A stretch of 64,000 bases of DNA from Gammaproteobacteria bacterium (GCA_034522055.1 JAXHLS010000006.1:420116-484115), one strand, 5' to 3'. Counted from the stretch's first letter, positions 19,747 to 30,279 are shown. A program made the numbers and translations. Notes: a model not told the origin generated them from the letters alone.

Positions 19747-20844
19747 ATGGGTGGGAATAGAAAGAAGGCGCTGATAACGGGCGTGACGGGCCAGGACGGG
19801 GCATACCTCGCCGAGTTCCTGTTGGAGAAGGGCTACGAGGTCCATGGCATCAAGCGCCGGGCGTCGTCCTTCAATACGGACCGTATTGACCATCTCTACC
19901 AGGACCCCCACGAGACGGGGCGGCAGTTCGTGCTCCACTACGGGGACCTGACGGATTCCACCAACCTCATTCGCATCGTCCAGGAGATCCAGCCGGACGA
20001 GATCTACAACCTGGGGGCCCAGAGCCACGTGGCGGTGTCCTTCGAGAGCCCGGAGTACACGGCGGACAGCGTGGGCCTGGGGGCGTTGCGCATGCTGGAG
20101 GCCATCCGCATCGCCGGGCTAACGGACAAGGCTCGCTTCTACCAGGCCTCCACCTCGGAACTCTACGGCCTGGTGCAGGAGGTGCCCCAGAAAGAGACCA
20201 CGCCCTTCTACCCGCGCTCGCCCTACGCGGCGGCCAAGCTCTATGCCTACTGGATAACGGTGAACTACCGCGAGGCCTACGGCATGTATGCCTGCAACGG
20301 CATCCTGTTCAACCACGAATCACCCGTGCGCGGCGAGACCTTCGTCACCCGCAAGATCACCCGCGCCCTGGCCCGTATCCACCTGGGGCTCCAGGACACC
20401 CTGTACCTCGGCAACATGGATGCCCTGCGGGACTGGGGCCATGCCAAGGACTACGTGGAAATGCAGTGGCTGATGCTCCAGCAGGAGGTGCCGGATGATT
20501 TCTGCATCGCCACCGGGGTGCAGTACTCGGTGCGCCAGTTCGTGGAGCGCGCCTACTCGCACCTGGGCAAGGCCATCCGCTGGGAAGGGCAGGGGGTGGA
20601 CGAGAAGGGCTATGACACCGAGACGGGGGCGTGCATCGTGGCGGTGGACCCGCGCTACTTCCGCCCCACGGAGGTGGAGACCCTGCTGGGGGACCCCACC
20701 AAGGCCAAGGAGAAGCTGGGCTGGACGCCAAAGATCACCTTCGACGAGATGGTGACGGAGATGATGGAAAACGACCTGCAACTGGCCAAGCGCGATGCGC
20801 TGGTGAAGGAGGCGGGGTACCGGGCGTTTGATTATCACGAGTGA
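19747..20844 (+). CDS. gmd: GDP-mannose 4,6-dehydratase (copy 1)
   Basis: Met13 of ORF 19711..20844. [39 protein letters not shown] and full-length Gmd-like sequence. Confidence 0.95.
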   Translation: MGGNRKKALITGVTGQDGAYLAEFLLEKGYEVHGIKRRASSFNTDRIDHLYQDPHETGRQFVLHYGDLTDSTNLIRIVQEIQPDEIYNLGAQSHVAVSFESPEYTADSVGLGALRMLEAIRIAGLTDKARFYQASTSELYGLVQEVPQKETTPFYPRSPYAAAKLYAYWITVNYREAYGMYACNGILFNHESPVRGETFVTRKITRALARIHLGLQDTLYLGNMDALRDWGHAKDYVEMQWLMLQQEVPDDFCIATGVQYSVRQFVERAYSHLGKAIRWEGQGVDEKGYDTETGACIVAVDPRYFRPTEVETLLGDPTKAKEKLGWTPKITFDEMVTEMMENDLQLAKRDALVKEAGYRAFDYHE

Positions 20845-20914
20845 GGCGCGCCGTGCCGCGGCATGGCCGGGTCAGTTCGCGCCCAAGGGCGCCCCTACGG
20901 GTTGAGTTGATTCC

Positions 20915-21856
20915 ATGAACAAAGACGCACGCATCTATGTAGCCGGCCACCGCGGCCTGGTGGGGTCGGCCATCGTCCGGGCTTTGGAGGCCGGGGGGTA
21001 TGGCAACATCATCATCCGCACCAGCAGTGAGCTGGACCTCAAGGACCAGGCGGCGGTGCGGGCCTTCTATGCCGCCGAGGCGCCGGACTACGTGTTCGTG
21101 GCCGCGGCCAAGGTGGGGGGGATCCTGGCCAACGACACCTACCCGGCCGAGTTCCTCTACGACAACCTGATGATCGAGGCCAACCTCATCCATGGTGCCC
21201 ACGAGGCCGGGGTGCAGAAGCTGCTGTTCCTGGGCAGCACCTGCATCTACCCCAAGCTGGCGCCCCAGCCCATGAACGAGGACGCCCTGCTCACGGGCCC
21301 CCTGGAACCCACCAACGAGTGGTACGCGGTGGCCAAGATCGCCGGCATCAAGCTGTGCCAGGCCTACCAGAAGCAGTACGGGTCGCGCTTCATCTCCGCC
21401 ATGCCCACCAACCTCTACGGCCCCGGGGACAATTTCGATCTGGAGAAGTCCCACGTCATGCCGGCGCTCATCCGCAAGTTCCACGAGGCGAAGGTGAACG
21501 ACGCCGGCGCGGTAACGGTATGGGGCACGGGCACGCCGCGGCGCGAGTTCTGCCACGTGGACGACTGCGCCGCGGCCTGCCTGTTCCTGATGGAGCACTA
21601 CGACGGCTACGACTTCGTCAACATCGGCGTGGGGGAGGACATCACCATCCGCGAGCTGGTGGAGATGGTGCAACGGGCGGTGGGCTTCGCGGGCGAGGTG
21701 CTGTGGGACACCACCAAGCCCGACGGCACGCCGCGCAAGCTGGTGGACGTGGGGCGCCTCCATGCGCTGGGCTGGCGGGCGCGCATGCCCTTGGAGGAGG
21801 GGGTGCGTTCCACCTACCAGTGGTTCCTGGAGCACCAGGGGGGTTACCGGGGGTGA
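20915..21856 (+). CDS. fcl: GDP-L-fucose synthase
   Basis: 313 aa. [17 protein letters not shown] Rossmann start and Fcl/WcaG-like sequence. Directly downstream of gmd. Confidence 0.93.
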   Translation: MNKDARIYVAGHRGLVGSAIVRALEAGGYGNIIIRTSSELDLKDQAAVRAFYAAEAPDYVFVAAAKVGGILANDTYPAEFLYDNLMIEANLIHGAHEAGVQKLLFLGSTCIYPKLAPQPMNEDALLTGPLEPTNEWYAVAKIAGIKLCQAYQKQYGSRFISAMPTNLYGPGDNFDLEKSHVMPALIRKFHEAKVNDAGAVTVWGTGTPRREFCHVDDCAAACLFLMEHYDGYDFVNIGVGEDITIRELVEMVQRAVGFAGEVLWDTTKPDGTPRKLVDVGRLHALGWRARMPLEEGVRSTYQWFLEHQGGYRG

Positions 21857-22000
21857 TGGGGCTGCCGGCGGGTCCGCTGCGCTTGACCCACCCTACGGGC
21901 CTGGTCGTGTTGGGGTTCGTTCCTCACCCCAACCTACGAGCTGGAGCACCAGGGGGATTACCGGGGGTGAGGGGGCTGGGTGTCAGGATGAATCCCGACC
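21857..22000. repeat. Composite REP cluster (REP2 GGYGGGTCCGCTGCGCTTGACCCACC hairpin, REP4 GTTGGGGTTCGTTCCTCACCCCAAC, REP3 TGTCAGGATGAATCCCGACC)
   Basis: Palindromes read directly. Related clusters at 23307-23392, 32971-33062, 34276-34500, 35964-36335, 37358-37560, 38806-39145, 43484-43860 and inverted at ~5395-5435. Confidence 0.7.
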
Positions 22001-22057
22001 TTGTGGGGCCTCAGGTATATGGCGAAAAAGCCATACACGCGCTATCCTCAAGTTGTT

Positions 22058-22348
22058 ATGGATGAAACGGATTTCGAGTGGGACGACGTAAAGAGTCTTG
22101 AGAATGAGCGTAAACACGGAATTTCATTTTATGAGGCCCAGTATGCCTTTCTCGACGAGCGCCGTGTAATCGCTCAGGACTTGTCTCATAGCCAAGGCGA
22201 GTTCCGTTACTACTGCTTTGGATTGGACAGGGAGGGCACCGGGGTGCTCACGGTGCGCTTTACGTTTCGCGCCGGACGTATCCGGATCTTCGGGGCGGGA
22301 TATTGGCGAAAAGGCAGAAAGGTGTATGAGCGAACGAATTCACTATAG
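22058..22348 (+). CDS. brnT: BrnT-family (DUF497) toxin
   Basis: Met20 of ORF 22001..22348. DFEWDDVKSLENERKHGISFYEAQYAFLD is the BrnT signature. Confidence 0.85.
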   Translation: MDETDFEWDDVKSLENERKHGISFYEAQYAFLDERRVIAQDLSHSQGEFRYYCFGLDREGTGVLTVRFTFRAGRIRIFGAGYWRKGRKVYERTNSL

Positions 22349-22580
22349 CGACGAACCACTGGGAGAGTTCGAGGTGGTTCCGGATTTCCTGCCGTCCCCA
22401 GATGAACTCGCGCTGAAGAGCCGTCGGACCAAGGTGACTATCTCCTTGAGTGCCGAGAGCGTGGCCTATTTCAAGGACGCTGCCAGAAAGCATCACATGC
22501 AATACCAGAAGATGATCCGGCAGCTGCTGGATGAATACGTGGCTCGGCAGAAGGAGGCAGATAAGCGTAGACATCGGTGA
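22326..22580 (+). CDS. brnA: BrnA-type antitoxin
   Basis: Met37 of ORF 22218..22580. Overlaps the brnT end. C-terminal RHH-like KVTISLSAESVAYFKDAARKHHMQYQKMIRQLL. Confidence 0.8.
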   Translation: MSERIHYSDEPLGEFEVVPDFLPSPDELALKSRRTKVTISLSAESVAYFKDAARKHHMQYQKMIRQLLDEYVARQKEADKRRHR

Positions 22581-22929
22581 CCGGCTCGCGCTCCCGGCAC
22601 ATAGATGTCCAGTGGTTCCTGGAGCGCCAGGACGCCACCTGTACTTGTTTAGTGAGAGTGCTGCGGGGTGAGTCCGCCAGAAGGGCGGAGTTGTCATCTG
22701 TGAACGTCGTTAGCCTTCCTCGGCATGACCCCTGGTAGGCTGCCGCGGCTTCGCGATTTTCAGTCCTTATTAGGTTTGCATAAGATACAGGCAATATTCG
22801 CACCATATGTACCCATCCCCCTGAATTATATTGAGTATCAGATCCCTTCACTGCTGCGCTCGCGGTTCCCTGGTCAATGAGTGTAAGAAATTCCGACACC
22901 CGAAGTCGGTTTCGGGGCTCAGATTAATC

Positions 22930-22968
22930 GCCGTGGGGGCTCGGCTCCTACGGGTGGGTTCGATTCGC
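22930..22968 (+). other. Unoccupied homing site of intron family A (hairpin + TCCTA^CGGGTGGGTTCGATTCGC)
   Basis: gccgtgggggctcggc-tccta|cgggtgggttcgattcgc equals the 5' flank of the introns at 30791 and 51782 joined to the 3' flank at 32710. Confidence 0.8.
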
Positions 22969-23004
22969 GATGCAGGAGCCAGCCCGCTGGCCGATTGGTC
23001 GGTT

Positions 23005-23306
23005 ACGTGGACGACTGCGCCGCGGCCTGCCTGTTCCTGATGGAGCACTACGACGGCTACGACTTCGTCAACATCGGGGTGGGGGAGGACATCACCATCC
23101 GCGAGCTGGTGGCCATGGTGCAGCGGGCAGTGGGCTTCGAGGGCGAGGTGTTATGGGACACCACCAAGCCCGACGGCACGCCGCGCAAGCTGGTGGACGT
23201 GGGGCGCCTCCATGCGCTGGGCTGGCGGGCGCGCATGCCCCTGGAGGAGGGGGTGCGGGCCACCTACCAGTGGTTCCTGGAGCACCAGGGGGATTACCGG
23301 GGGTGA
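23005..23306 (+). pseudogene. fcl 3' fragment (last ~100 codons)
   Basis: [35 protein letters not shown]...[12 protein letters not shown] aligns to fcl 21553-21856 with substitutions. No 5' part. Confidence 0.9.
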
Positions 23307-23631
23307 TGGGGCTGCCGGCGGGTCCGCTGCGCTTGACCTACCCTACGGACCTGGTCATGTTGGGGTTCGTTCCTCACCCCAACCTACGAGCTGCCCTTGG
23401 CAGCCGAGGGAAACTCGGGGCTTTGCGGGCGCGGATGTCGGTTGCCAAGAGTAACCGCCCTACGGGCCGCGTCAAGGCGCGTTCAAATTCGTCCCCGACG
23501 GATTTGTCCCTCGGGGAGAGGGGGCGAGTTGTTCGCTTCTCCTCTGGCTTGCGGGAAGCAGGGGATACTCGCATTGACACAAGTGGCCCCCGCTATAAAC
23601 TGACGTGCGGTCATAAAAGCAGGGGTGTCTA

Positions 23632-23862
23632 ATGCGTACTGTTCAATTCGTCGAAGCCAAAGCCAGCTTCTCCGCGCTCCTGGCGGCCGTCGAGGCCGGC
23701 GAAGAAATTGCCATCACACGCCATGGCAAGGTCGTGGCTCGCATCGTTCCCGACACGCCCCGCATGGCCGCAGACCTTTTCCGGCCTTTCTGGGGCGGGG
23801 AGGATGTCGATCTGGAGGCTCCGGCCGACGGTCCGCCGGAGCCTGCTCCCGAATTGGACTGA
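23632..23862 (+). CDS. Phd/YefM-type antitoxin
   Basis: 76 aa. MRTVQFVEAKASFSALLAAVEAGEEIAITRHGKVVARIVP is typical. The PIN gene follows after 1 nt. Confidence 0.8.
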   Translation: MRTVQFVEAKASFSALLAAVEAGEEIAITRHGKVVARIVPDTPRMAADLFRPFWGGEDVDLEAPADGPPEPAPELD

Positions 23863-23863
23863 C

Positions 23864-24258
23864 ATGCGCTACCTGCTGGACACCAATATCCTTATCGCTG
23901 CGATCAAGGGGGTGCCGCAGGTGCGTGAGAAGCTGGAGGCGACCCCACTTTCGGACATCGTTCTTTCGCCCATCGTCCTGGGTGAATTGGAGCATGGTGT
24001 GGAAAAGAGCCAACAGCTCCAACGCAATCGTGATCGCCTGACGAGGGTCGTCGAAGGCCTGCCGCTCATCCCACTGGATGCCCGGGCCAGTGAACACTAC
24101 GGCGTCGTCCGGGCGAAGCTGGAGCGCCAGGGGATTCCCATCGGGCCAACGATTATTGGATTGCCGCCCAAGCTCTATCTTTGGGTGTGGTGTTAGTTAC
24201 CGACAACGTGGGGGAGTTTTCCCGGGTGCAGGGGCTGTCGGTGGAGAACTGGCTATAG
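23864..24258 (+). pseudogene. vapC: VapC (PIN) toxin with a frameshift near 24140
   Basis: MRYLLDTNILIAAIKG... in one frame (ORF ends 24196). The expected C-terminus [37 protein letters not shown] is in the +1 frame, ending at TAG 24256-24258. Confidence 0.8.
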
Positions 24259-24267
24259 TTTCTACAT

Positions 24268-24569
24268 TCTCGCACCTGGACAAGGCCATCCGCTGGGAAG
24301 GGCAGGGGGTGGACGAGAAGGGCTATGACAGCGAGACGGGGGCCTGCATCGTGGCGGTGGACCCGCGCTACTTCCGCCCCACGGAGGTGGAGACCCTGCT
24401 GGGGGACCCACCAAGGCCAGGGAGAAGCTAGGGTGGACGCCGCGCATCACCTTCGACGAGATGGTGGCGCCCACTGTCGGCAGAGCTGATGGAGAACGAC
24501 CTGCAACTGGCCAAGCGCGATGCGCTGGTGAAGGAGGCGGGGTATCGGGCGTTTGATTATCACGAGTGA
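24268..24569 (+). pseudogene. gmd 3' fragment (from ~codon 285), frameshifted
   Basis: [48 protein letters not shown] then indels. Carries the 13-nt insertion gcgcccactgtcggcagagct-type. Native stop at 24567-24569. Confidence 0.9.
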
Positions 24570-24724
24570 GGGGGTGGTCCCCCCCTCACCCCGGCCCTCT
24601 CCCCCCGAGGGGGGAGATGGAGTATTTGTTGGGCTCCCCCCCTCACCCTGGCCCTCTCCCCCCGAGGGGGGGAGAGGGAGTATTTGTTGTTCACGTACGG
24701 CACACAAGGTGCTACTTTAAGTGC

Positions 24725-24797
24725 GTGAAGACCTTCTCATGGGATTCAGCCAAAAACGATTGGCTCATGGCCGAACGGGGTGTGTCCTTCGAGCGGG
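24725..24797 (+). pseudogene. BrnT-like toxin, 5' part (interrupted by IS21)
   Basis: VKTFSWDSAKNDWLMAERGVSFER, identical in layout to the intact copy at 39187. Ends at the IS21 insertion point. Confidence 0.85.
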
Positions 24798-25071
24798 TGT
24801 AGCTGGCTGTAAAAACCCGCGCATATCTGGCGAAGGATTGATTGCCAGGCCAACCAGTCGCTGAGCCGGCAGGCGTGCGGCGGCAAGCAACCGGTGACAA
24901 GAGTGCCGGAATCGGGTAGATGAAGAGGGGCCGTTGAGACAGGTGCGATACCGGGTGTAATTGACTTGGCCGTCGACCCCGGTATCGCACCCCGGGCCGT
25001 GCAGAGCACGTGCCCGCACACTATTTCTCGTTTTCCCCTGACAATCAAGTCCTCATCGGCCTGGATCGCCG

Positions 25072-25389
25072 ATGGAGAACCCTGCACGCCTGTACAACTG
25101 CGCCCGTTGTCATCGTCAGGTGATGATTTGCAGTGGCTGTGACCGCGGCAACATCTATTGCCCTGAGGGGTGTGCGCAGGCGGCACGAAGCGCGTCTCTG
25201 CGGGCCGCCGGCTGGCGCTACCAGCAGAGCCGCAATGGCCGGCACAAGCATGCCGCGCGGCAACGCCGCTACCGGGCGAGAAGGCAGAAAGTGACGCATC
25301 AGGGTTCCCCGGCCCCGTCCCCTCATGATCCACTACCCCCGTTCCGGCGAGGCCGGCTGGCCGCCGCGGTGCGGATGGCGCGCCGATGA
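25072..25389 (+). pseudogene. IS21 passenger: Cys-rich Arg-rich zinc-ribbon-like ORF, frameshifted in this copy
   Basis: 105 aa here versus 153 aa in copy 2 (56228..56689). [26 protein letters not shown] cysteine pattern. Confidence 0.6.
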
Positions 25390-25548
25390 GGGCGCACATT
25401 CACTGCCACTTCTGCGGCCGTGAGTGCGGGCCCTTCCTGCGTACCGGCCCGCTTCATCGCGCCACCGCCGCCGCTGCGCTCGGAACAGTCACCCGACAGG
25501 GGCCACCAGGCGCCCGGGCTCAGCCCCCTTGAGCCGCCCGGCCACGAG

Positions 25549-27078
25549 ATGAGGAGAAACACATTGGCCATCAGTAAAGAACAAGAGGCGCAGATCCTGC
25601 GCTATCACTACGTCGAGAAGTGGCGGGTGGGCACCATTGCCAGCCAGTTGGGCGTACATCACAACGTCGTCAATCGGGTGCTCTCCCAGGCCGGCATGCC
25701 GAAGGTCGAGCGGACTGCGCAGGCGTCGATGATCGATCCTTATCTGCCGTTCATCACCGACACCCTGGCCCAGTTCCCCAGGCTCACCGCCAGCCGCCTC
25801 TACGGCATGGTGCGTGAACGGGGCTACCCCGGTGGCCCCGACCACTTCCGCCACCAGCTCGCCTGTTACCGGCCACGCCCCCAGCCCGAGGCCTTTCTGC
25901 GCCTGAAGACCCTCCCTGGCGAACAGAGCCAAGTCGACTGGGGCCATTTCGGCAAGCTCACCATCGGCCGCGCAACCCATGCCCTGATGGCCTTTGTCAT
26001 GGTGCTCAGCTACTCCCGGCGGATCTTTGTACGCTTCTTCCTCGGTGCCAAGATGGCCAACTTCCTGCGCGGCCACGAGGCGGCCTTCACCGCCTGGAAC
26101 GGCCTGCCCAAGGTCCTGCTCTACGACAACCTCAAAAGCGCCGTGCTGGAGCGCCAGGGTGAGGCCATCCGTTTCCATCCCACCTTGCTCGAGTTCGCCG
26201 CCCACTACCGCTTCGAGCCCCGTCCGGTGGCGGTGGCCCGGGGCAACGAGAAGGGGCGGGTGGAGCGCGCCATCCGTACGGTACGCGATAACTTCTGGGC
26301 GGCGCGCCAATGGACCGATCTCGATGATCTCAACGCCCAGGCCGAGGCCTGGTGCAACGGCTGGGCCATGGACCGGCCCTGTCCGGAGGACCGTGCCCTC
26401 TCGGTGCGCCAGGCCTTTGAGCAGGAGCCCCTGCTGGCGCTGCCCCATAACCCCTATCCCACCGACGAGCGGGTCGAGGTCCACATCGGCAAGACCCCTT
26501 ACGCGCGCTTCGAGCGCAACGACTACAGCGTGCCCCACACCCATGTGCGCCGCACCCTCACCGCTTCGGCCTCCCCCACCGAGGTGCGGATCCTCGACGG
26601 CGGGGACGTCATCGCCCGCCACCCGCGCAGCTACGACAAGGGCCGGCAGATCGAACAGCCGGAACACATCGAGGCGCTGGTCCAGATCAAACGCCAGGCC
26701 CGACATCATCGCGGCCAGGACCACCTGGCCCAGGCCGCACCGGCCAGCCGGCAGTTACTGGTCCAGGCCGCCGAGCGCGGCGACAACCTCGGCGCCATCA
26801 CCGCAGCCCTGCTGCGCCTCCTCGATGCCTACGGCGCCCCCGAGCTGGAAGCGGCCATCCAGGAGAGCCTGGCCCAGGGGGTGGCCCACCCCAATGGCGT
26901 GCGTATCGCCCTGCAGCGTAGACGCGAGGCGAGAAACCAGCCGCCCCGGGTGGGGGTACGCATCGACCACGCGCGTGCCAGAGGGCTGGTGGTACGCACC
27001 CATGATCTGGGCGGCTACGACGCCTTGCAGTCCACCCCGCCCGAAACCGAAGACGATACCCAGGAGGAGCCCAAATGA
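25549..27078 (+). CDS. istA: IS21 transposase IstA
   Basis: Met44 of ORF 25420..27078. N-terminal HTH ([34 protein letters not shown]), DDE core region, IS21-like organisation upstream of istB. Confidence 0.9.
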   Translation: MRRNTLAISKEQEAQILRYHYVEKWRVGTIASQLGVHHNVVNRVLSQAGMPKVERTAQASMIDPYLPFITDTLAQFPRLTASRLYGMVRERGYPGGPDHFRHQLACYRPRPQPEAFLRLKTLPGEQSQVDWGHFGKLTIGRATHALMAFVMVLSYSRRIFVRFFLGAKMANFLRGHEAAFTAWNGLPKVLLYDNLKSAVLERQGEAIRFHPTLLEFAAHYRFEPRPVAVARGNEKGRVERAIRTVRDNFWAARQWTDLDDLNAQAEAWCNGWAMDRPCPEDRALSVRQAFEQEPLLALPHNPYPTDERVEVHIGKTPYARFERNDYSVPHTHVRRTLTASASPTEVRILDGGDVIARHPRSYDKGRQIEQPEHIEALVQIKRQARHHRGQDHLAQAAPASRQLLVQAAERGDNLGAITAALLRLLDAYGAPELEAAIQESLAQGVAHPNGVRIALQRRREARNQPPRVGVRIDHARARGLVVRTHDLGGYDALQSTPPETEDDTQEEPK

Positions 27079-27848
27079 TCCCTAACGCATCCCTGAAAGA
27101 ACGGGCCACGGCCCTCAAGCTCCATGGCCTGCTGAGCCATTGGGAGGAGAGCGCCGACGCTGGCTGGGTCGAGTCCCTGATCCAGTGGGAAGAGGAGGAA
27201 CGCGCCCACCGCAGCCTCGAGCGGCGCATGAAAGGGGCGCGGCTGGGCCGCTTCAAACCCCTGGCCGACTTCGACTGGGGCTGGCCCAGCCGCTGCGACC
27301 GGGAACTGGTCAGTGAGCTGATGCGCCTCGACTTCCTCACCGAGGCGGTCAATATCATCCTGGTGGGACCCAACGGGGTGGGCAAATCCACCCTGGCCCG
27401 CAACATCGCCCATCAAGCGGTGCTGGCCGGCCACAGCGTCCTCTTTACCAGCGCCGGCCAGATGCTCAATGACTTGGCCGCCCAGGACGGCGACAGCGCC
27501 CTCAAGCGGCGCCTCGCCCGCTACGCCCGCCCTCAACTCCTGGTGGTCGACGAGGTGGGGTATCTCGCCTACTCCAATCGCCATGCCGATCTGCTGTTCG
27601 AGATCGTCTCCCGCCGCTACGAGGAGAAATCCACCCTGGTCACCACCAATCGGCCCTTCGCCGAATGGGGTGAAGTCTTTCCCAACGCCTCCTGCGTGGT
27701 CTCCCTCGTGGACCGGCTGGTACACCGCTCCGAGATCCTCACTATCGAAGGTGAATCCTACCGGCTCAAGGAGGCCAAGGAGCGACAGCAGCAACAGGCA
27801 CAGCGGCGCCGAGCCGCCGCCAAATCCAACAAAGGGGCCCAATCATGA
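27075..27848 (+). CDS. istB: IS21 helper ATPase IstB
   Basis: 257 aa. Walker [10 protein letters not shown], Walker [14 protein letters not shown] overlap with istA. Confidence 0.93.
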   Translation: MIPNASLKERATALKLHGLLSHWEESADAGWVESLIQWEEEERAHRSLERRMKGARLGRFKPLADFDWGWPSRCDRELVSELMRLDFLTEAVNIILVGPNGVGKSTLARNIAHQAVLAGHSVLFTSAGQMLNDLAAQDGDSALKRRLARYARPQLLVVDEVGYLAYSNRHADLLFEIVSRRYEEKSTLVTTNRPFAEWGEVFPNASCVVSLVDRLVHRSEILTIEGESYRLKEAKERQQQQAQRRRAAAKSNKGAQS

Positions 27849-28021
27849 CCCGTCCCCCGATACCGGACTACTGGACGCCAGAGCAGGCATTGGCAGTCTA
27901 TGACTTTATCGACGACCTCCGCGATGCCATCTGGAGCCGATACGATCGGCAGCTGGTCGAGCTCATGCAACAAGAACGCATAACGACCTTTGAAGTCGAC
28001 GACGATGACTTGACCTTCTGA
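27845..28021 (+). CDS. Small conserved ORF (58 aa) downstream of istB inside IS21
   Basis: ATGA overlap with the istB stop. [58 protein letters not shown]. Kept open with mostly conservative changes in copy 2 (53740..53916). Below the ORF-track cutoff. Confidence 0.45.
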   Translation: MTRPPIPDYWTPEQALAVYDFIDDLRDAIWSRYDRQLVELMQQERITTFEVDDDDLTF

Positions 28022-28159
28022 GCCGACCCTTAAACCCACACCGGCGGCGTGACCTGGCTTGAGTCGAGGCGACCTATCCGCGCTGAGGCCGAGTCACGCC
28101 GCCTGAACCTGCGACTGCGACCTTCGCCATTTATGCGCGGATTTACTCAGCCGCTAACA

Positions 28160-28367
28160 GCGGGTGATGCAGCGTATTGAGATGGGCCAGGTGCTCGATG
28201 TGGTTCGGCACCCGAATCCGGAAAGGTATCCGCACCAGAGGATGTTTATCGTGGATATCGATGGTTACGCCTGCCTGGTTCCGTTCGTTGAATCCGGTGA
28301 CGAGGTTTTTCTCAAGACGATCATCCCAAGCCGCAAGGCGACGAGACGATACCTGGGAGGACGGTGA
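28160..28367 (+). pseudogene. BrnT-like toxin, 3' part (after IS21)
   Basis: (V)MQRIEMGQVLDVVRHPNPERYPHQRMFIVDIDGYACLVPFVESGDEVFLKTIIPSRKATRRYLGGR continues the reading frame broken at 24797. Confidence 0.85.
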
Positions 28368-28648
28368 TGGCCATCCAGCTTAGCCCTGAGGAAAAGGAAC
28401 TGTTGGACTCCTACGACAACGAGGAGTGGGAGTCTGTGATGTCTGTTCAGGAGTTGCGGAAGTACCAGGAGGCCGCGCGAAATACGTTCAGGAAGGACAA
28501 GCGCGTCAACATCCGGATGTCAGGCAAGGATCTGGAATTGTTCCAGGCGCGGGCCTTGCGGGAGGGCATTCCTTACCAGACCCTGATGGCGAGTGTCCTG
28601 CACAAATATGTCTCGGGAGACCTGGTCGATAAGACCCGCAACGGCTAA
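28364..28648 (+). CDS. BrnA-like / CopG-type antitoxin (intact partner of the IS-disrupted toxin)
   Basis: 94 aa. NIRMSGKDLELFQARALREGIPYQTLMASVLHKYVSG is typical. GTGATG overlap with the toxin end. Confidence 0.8.
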   Translation: MMAIQLSPEEKELLDSYDNEEWESVMSVQELRKYQEAARNTFRKDKRVNIRMSGKDLELFQARALREGIPYQTLMASVLHKYVSGDLVDKTRNG

Positions 28649-28745
28649 CGGAGTAGGTCGGCTGCTCCTAGCAGCCGACGGGGCTTGGGCGCGGGGTTCC
28701 GGGGGTTTCGGGGACAGTTTACTTGGGTTCCGGGGACCAGGTGAC

Positions 28746-29091
28746 CTACGGGCCTCTGGGAGCGATCTCGATTAGGGTCTCGCCTTCCAGGAACTGTCGC
28801 TCGATCTCCGGAAGCAGGGTTTCGAACCATCCAAGCAGTGCGCGGCGGGTGGTATTGCCCAACCGGACCCACACCAGTGCCGGGCCGTCGGGCAGGAGAG
28901 TTCTGAGGCTGACGAAGTCTTCGTCCTTGGACACAAGTACTGCTTCGCGCCGTGATGCCTCCTCCCAGATTGCGCGGTCAGGGGCGTCCGCCAAGCCGAT
29001 ATCATAGACGTGCGCCGCGTGGTGCCCCTGCTCGACCAACCAACCAGCGTGCGAGCGCCGGCGGTAGCTGGGCGTCAATCAGGAACCGCAC
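28746..29091 (-). pseudogene. DUF5615-type (PIN-like) toxin with a 4-nt tandem duplication near the 5' end
   Basis: GTG at 29091 gives VRFLIDAQLPPALARWL. An extra TTGG (ccaaccaacca at ~29035-29046) then shifts the frame. The rest (VEQGHHAAHVYDIGLADAPDRAIWEEA...VSKDEDF) is ORF 28746..29078. Confidence 0.7.
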
Positions 29092-29097
29092 CGTTCG

Positions 29098-29322
29098 TTA
29101 GGCTACCCGGAGCACCGGGTGGTCGGTTTGGCGTGCTGCGAAGTCCAGGGCGGCGTGAATATCAGCGGATTCGAGGTAAGGGTAGTCCACCAGAATATCC
29201 TCGGGGCTGGCGCCGGAGGCGAGCATGGCAAGAATGTCCGAGACCCTGATGCGCAGACCCCGGACGCAGGGGCGGCCACCGCAGACGGTGGGGTCGATGG
29301 TGATTCTCGGTTGCTCATTCAT
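29098..29322 (-). CDS. DUF433 antitoxin-like protein
   Basis: 74 aa. ITIDPTVCGGRPCVRGLRIRVSDILAMLASGASPEDILVDYPYL is the DUF433 signature. Confidence 0.8.
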   Translation of the reverse strand: MNEQPRITIDPTVCGGRPCVRGLRIRVSDILAMLASGASPEDILVDYPYLESADIHAALDFAARQTDHPVLRVA

Positions 29323-29415
29323 GGTGTTCTGCGAATTACCTCGGCGCGAACGATAGTTTAGTTGATTTCGTGATTCCGGGGCAGCTTACTTGATCCGCTG
29401 TACGGCACGCTAAGA

Positions 29416-29627
29416 CCGGGGCCTGCATGGTGGCGGTGGACCCGCGCTACTTCCGCCCCACGGAGGTGGAGACCCTGCTGGGGGACCCCACCAAGGCCAG
29501 GGAGAAGCTGGGCTGGACGCCGCGCATCACCTTCGGCGAGATGGTGATGGAGATGATGGAAAACGACCTGCAGCTGGCCAAGTGGGATGCGCTGGTGAAG
29601 GAGGCGGGGTATCGGGCGTTTGATTAA
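29416..29627 (+). pseudogene. gmd tail (from ~codon 303), R1-type
   Basis: [69 protein letters not shown]. Preceded by the junction motif at 29378-29415. Confidence 0.9.
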
Positions 29628-29660
29628 GATGAAGGTAATAGCTCGTAGGCCACCTACCCG

Positions 29661-29795
29661 GTGAAGTTCCTCTACGACAACCTGATGATCGAGGCCAACC
29701 TCATCCATGGTGCCCACGAGGCCGGGGTGCAGAAGCTGCTGTTCCTGGGCAGCACCTGCATCTACCCTAAGCTGGCGCCCCAGCCCATGAACGAG
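29661..29795 (+). pseudogene. Internal fcl fragment (~45 codons)
   Basis: (V)[44 protein letters not shown] equals fcl residues ~85-128. Unrelated sequence follows. Confidence 0.9.
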
Positions 29796-30048
29796 AAGAC
29801 ATGGATCCCCTCCCGATCTCCCCCGCAAGCGGGGGAGGTGCGTTCCAAGTCTCCCTCCTGGCCTTCCCCTTGGCTGTGTTGGCGTGTTCCCGGCCAGAGG
29901 CGGCGGGGAAGCTTACGTATGGAGTTAGGGTATCGGTATGCCGTTGGTTGAGCAGGGTGGCGTCGCGATGCCAAGTTCGCTTTGTGCTTGAAGTGAAACG
30001 ACCTTTTACTTAGAGTGGGACCAACTGGATGGACCATGTGGAGGGGCC

Positions 30049-30279
30049 ATGACGATCGAAGTGAACATCAACGAGGCGAAGGCAAGGCTCTCCAACTTGG
30101 TGGCGCGGGCCGAGCGGGGCGAGGAGGTCGTCATCGCGCGGGCCAACAAGGCGGTGGTGCGGCTCGTGCCGGTGAAGGCTGGCTCCGGCGGCCGGCGCCT
30201 TGGGGAGGCCAAGGGGCTGGTGGAGATCGGCCCTGATTTCGACGACCTTCCGGACGACTTCATGGACCATTTCCGGTGA
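30049..30279 (+). CDS. Phd/YefM-type antitoxin
   Basis: 76 aa. MTIEVNINEAKARLSNLVARAERGEEVVIARANKAVVRLVP. Confidence 0.8.
   Translation: MTIEVNINEAKARLSNLVARAERGEEVVIARANKAVVRLVPVKAGSGGRRLGEAKGLVEIGPDFDDLPDDFMDHFR

Larger units (their letters stand above)
24798..28159 (+). mobile_element. IS21-family insertion sequence, copy 1 (3,362 bp)
   Basis: Ends TGTAGCTGGCTGTAAAAACCCGCGCATATCTGGCGAAGG / CCTTCGCCATTTATGCGCGGATTTACTCAGCCGCTAACA (imperfect IRs). 5-bp target duplication GCGGG (24793-24797 and 28160-28164). The uninterrupted target is seen at ~39255. Confidence 0.93.

Noticed and set aside
22581-22929. Possible small RNA or gene in the AT-richer stretch after brnA (contains a hairpin ccgacacccgaagtcgg and an fcl-tail relic at 22608-22631).
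   Set aside because: There is no convincing ORF, promoter or terminator, and I recognise no conserved RNA motif. It is noted only as cargo-associated spacer.
22951-22968. tRNA or tmRNA 3' end (GGGTGGGTTCGATTCGC resembles a T-arm) as an integration target.
   Set aside because: The T-stem cannot close (GTGGG...CGC), and no acceptor or anticodon arms or CCA context exist around it.
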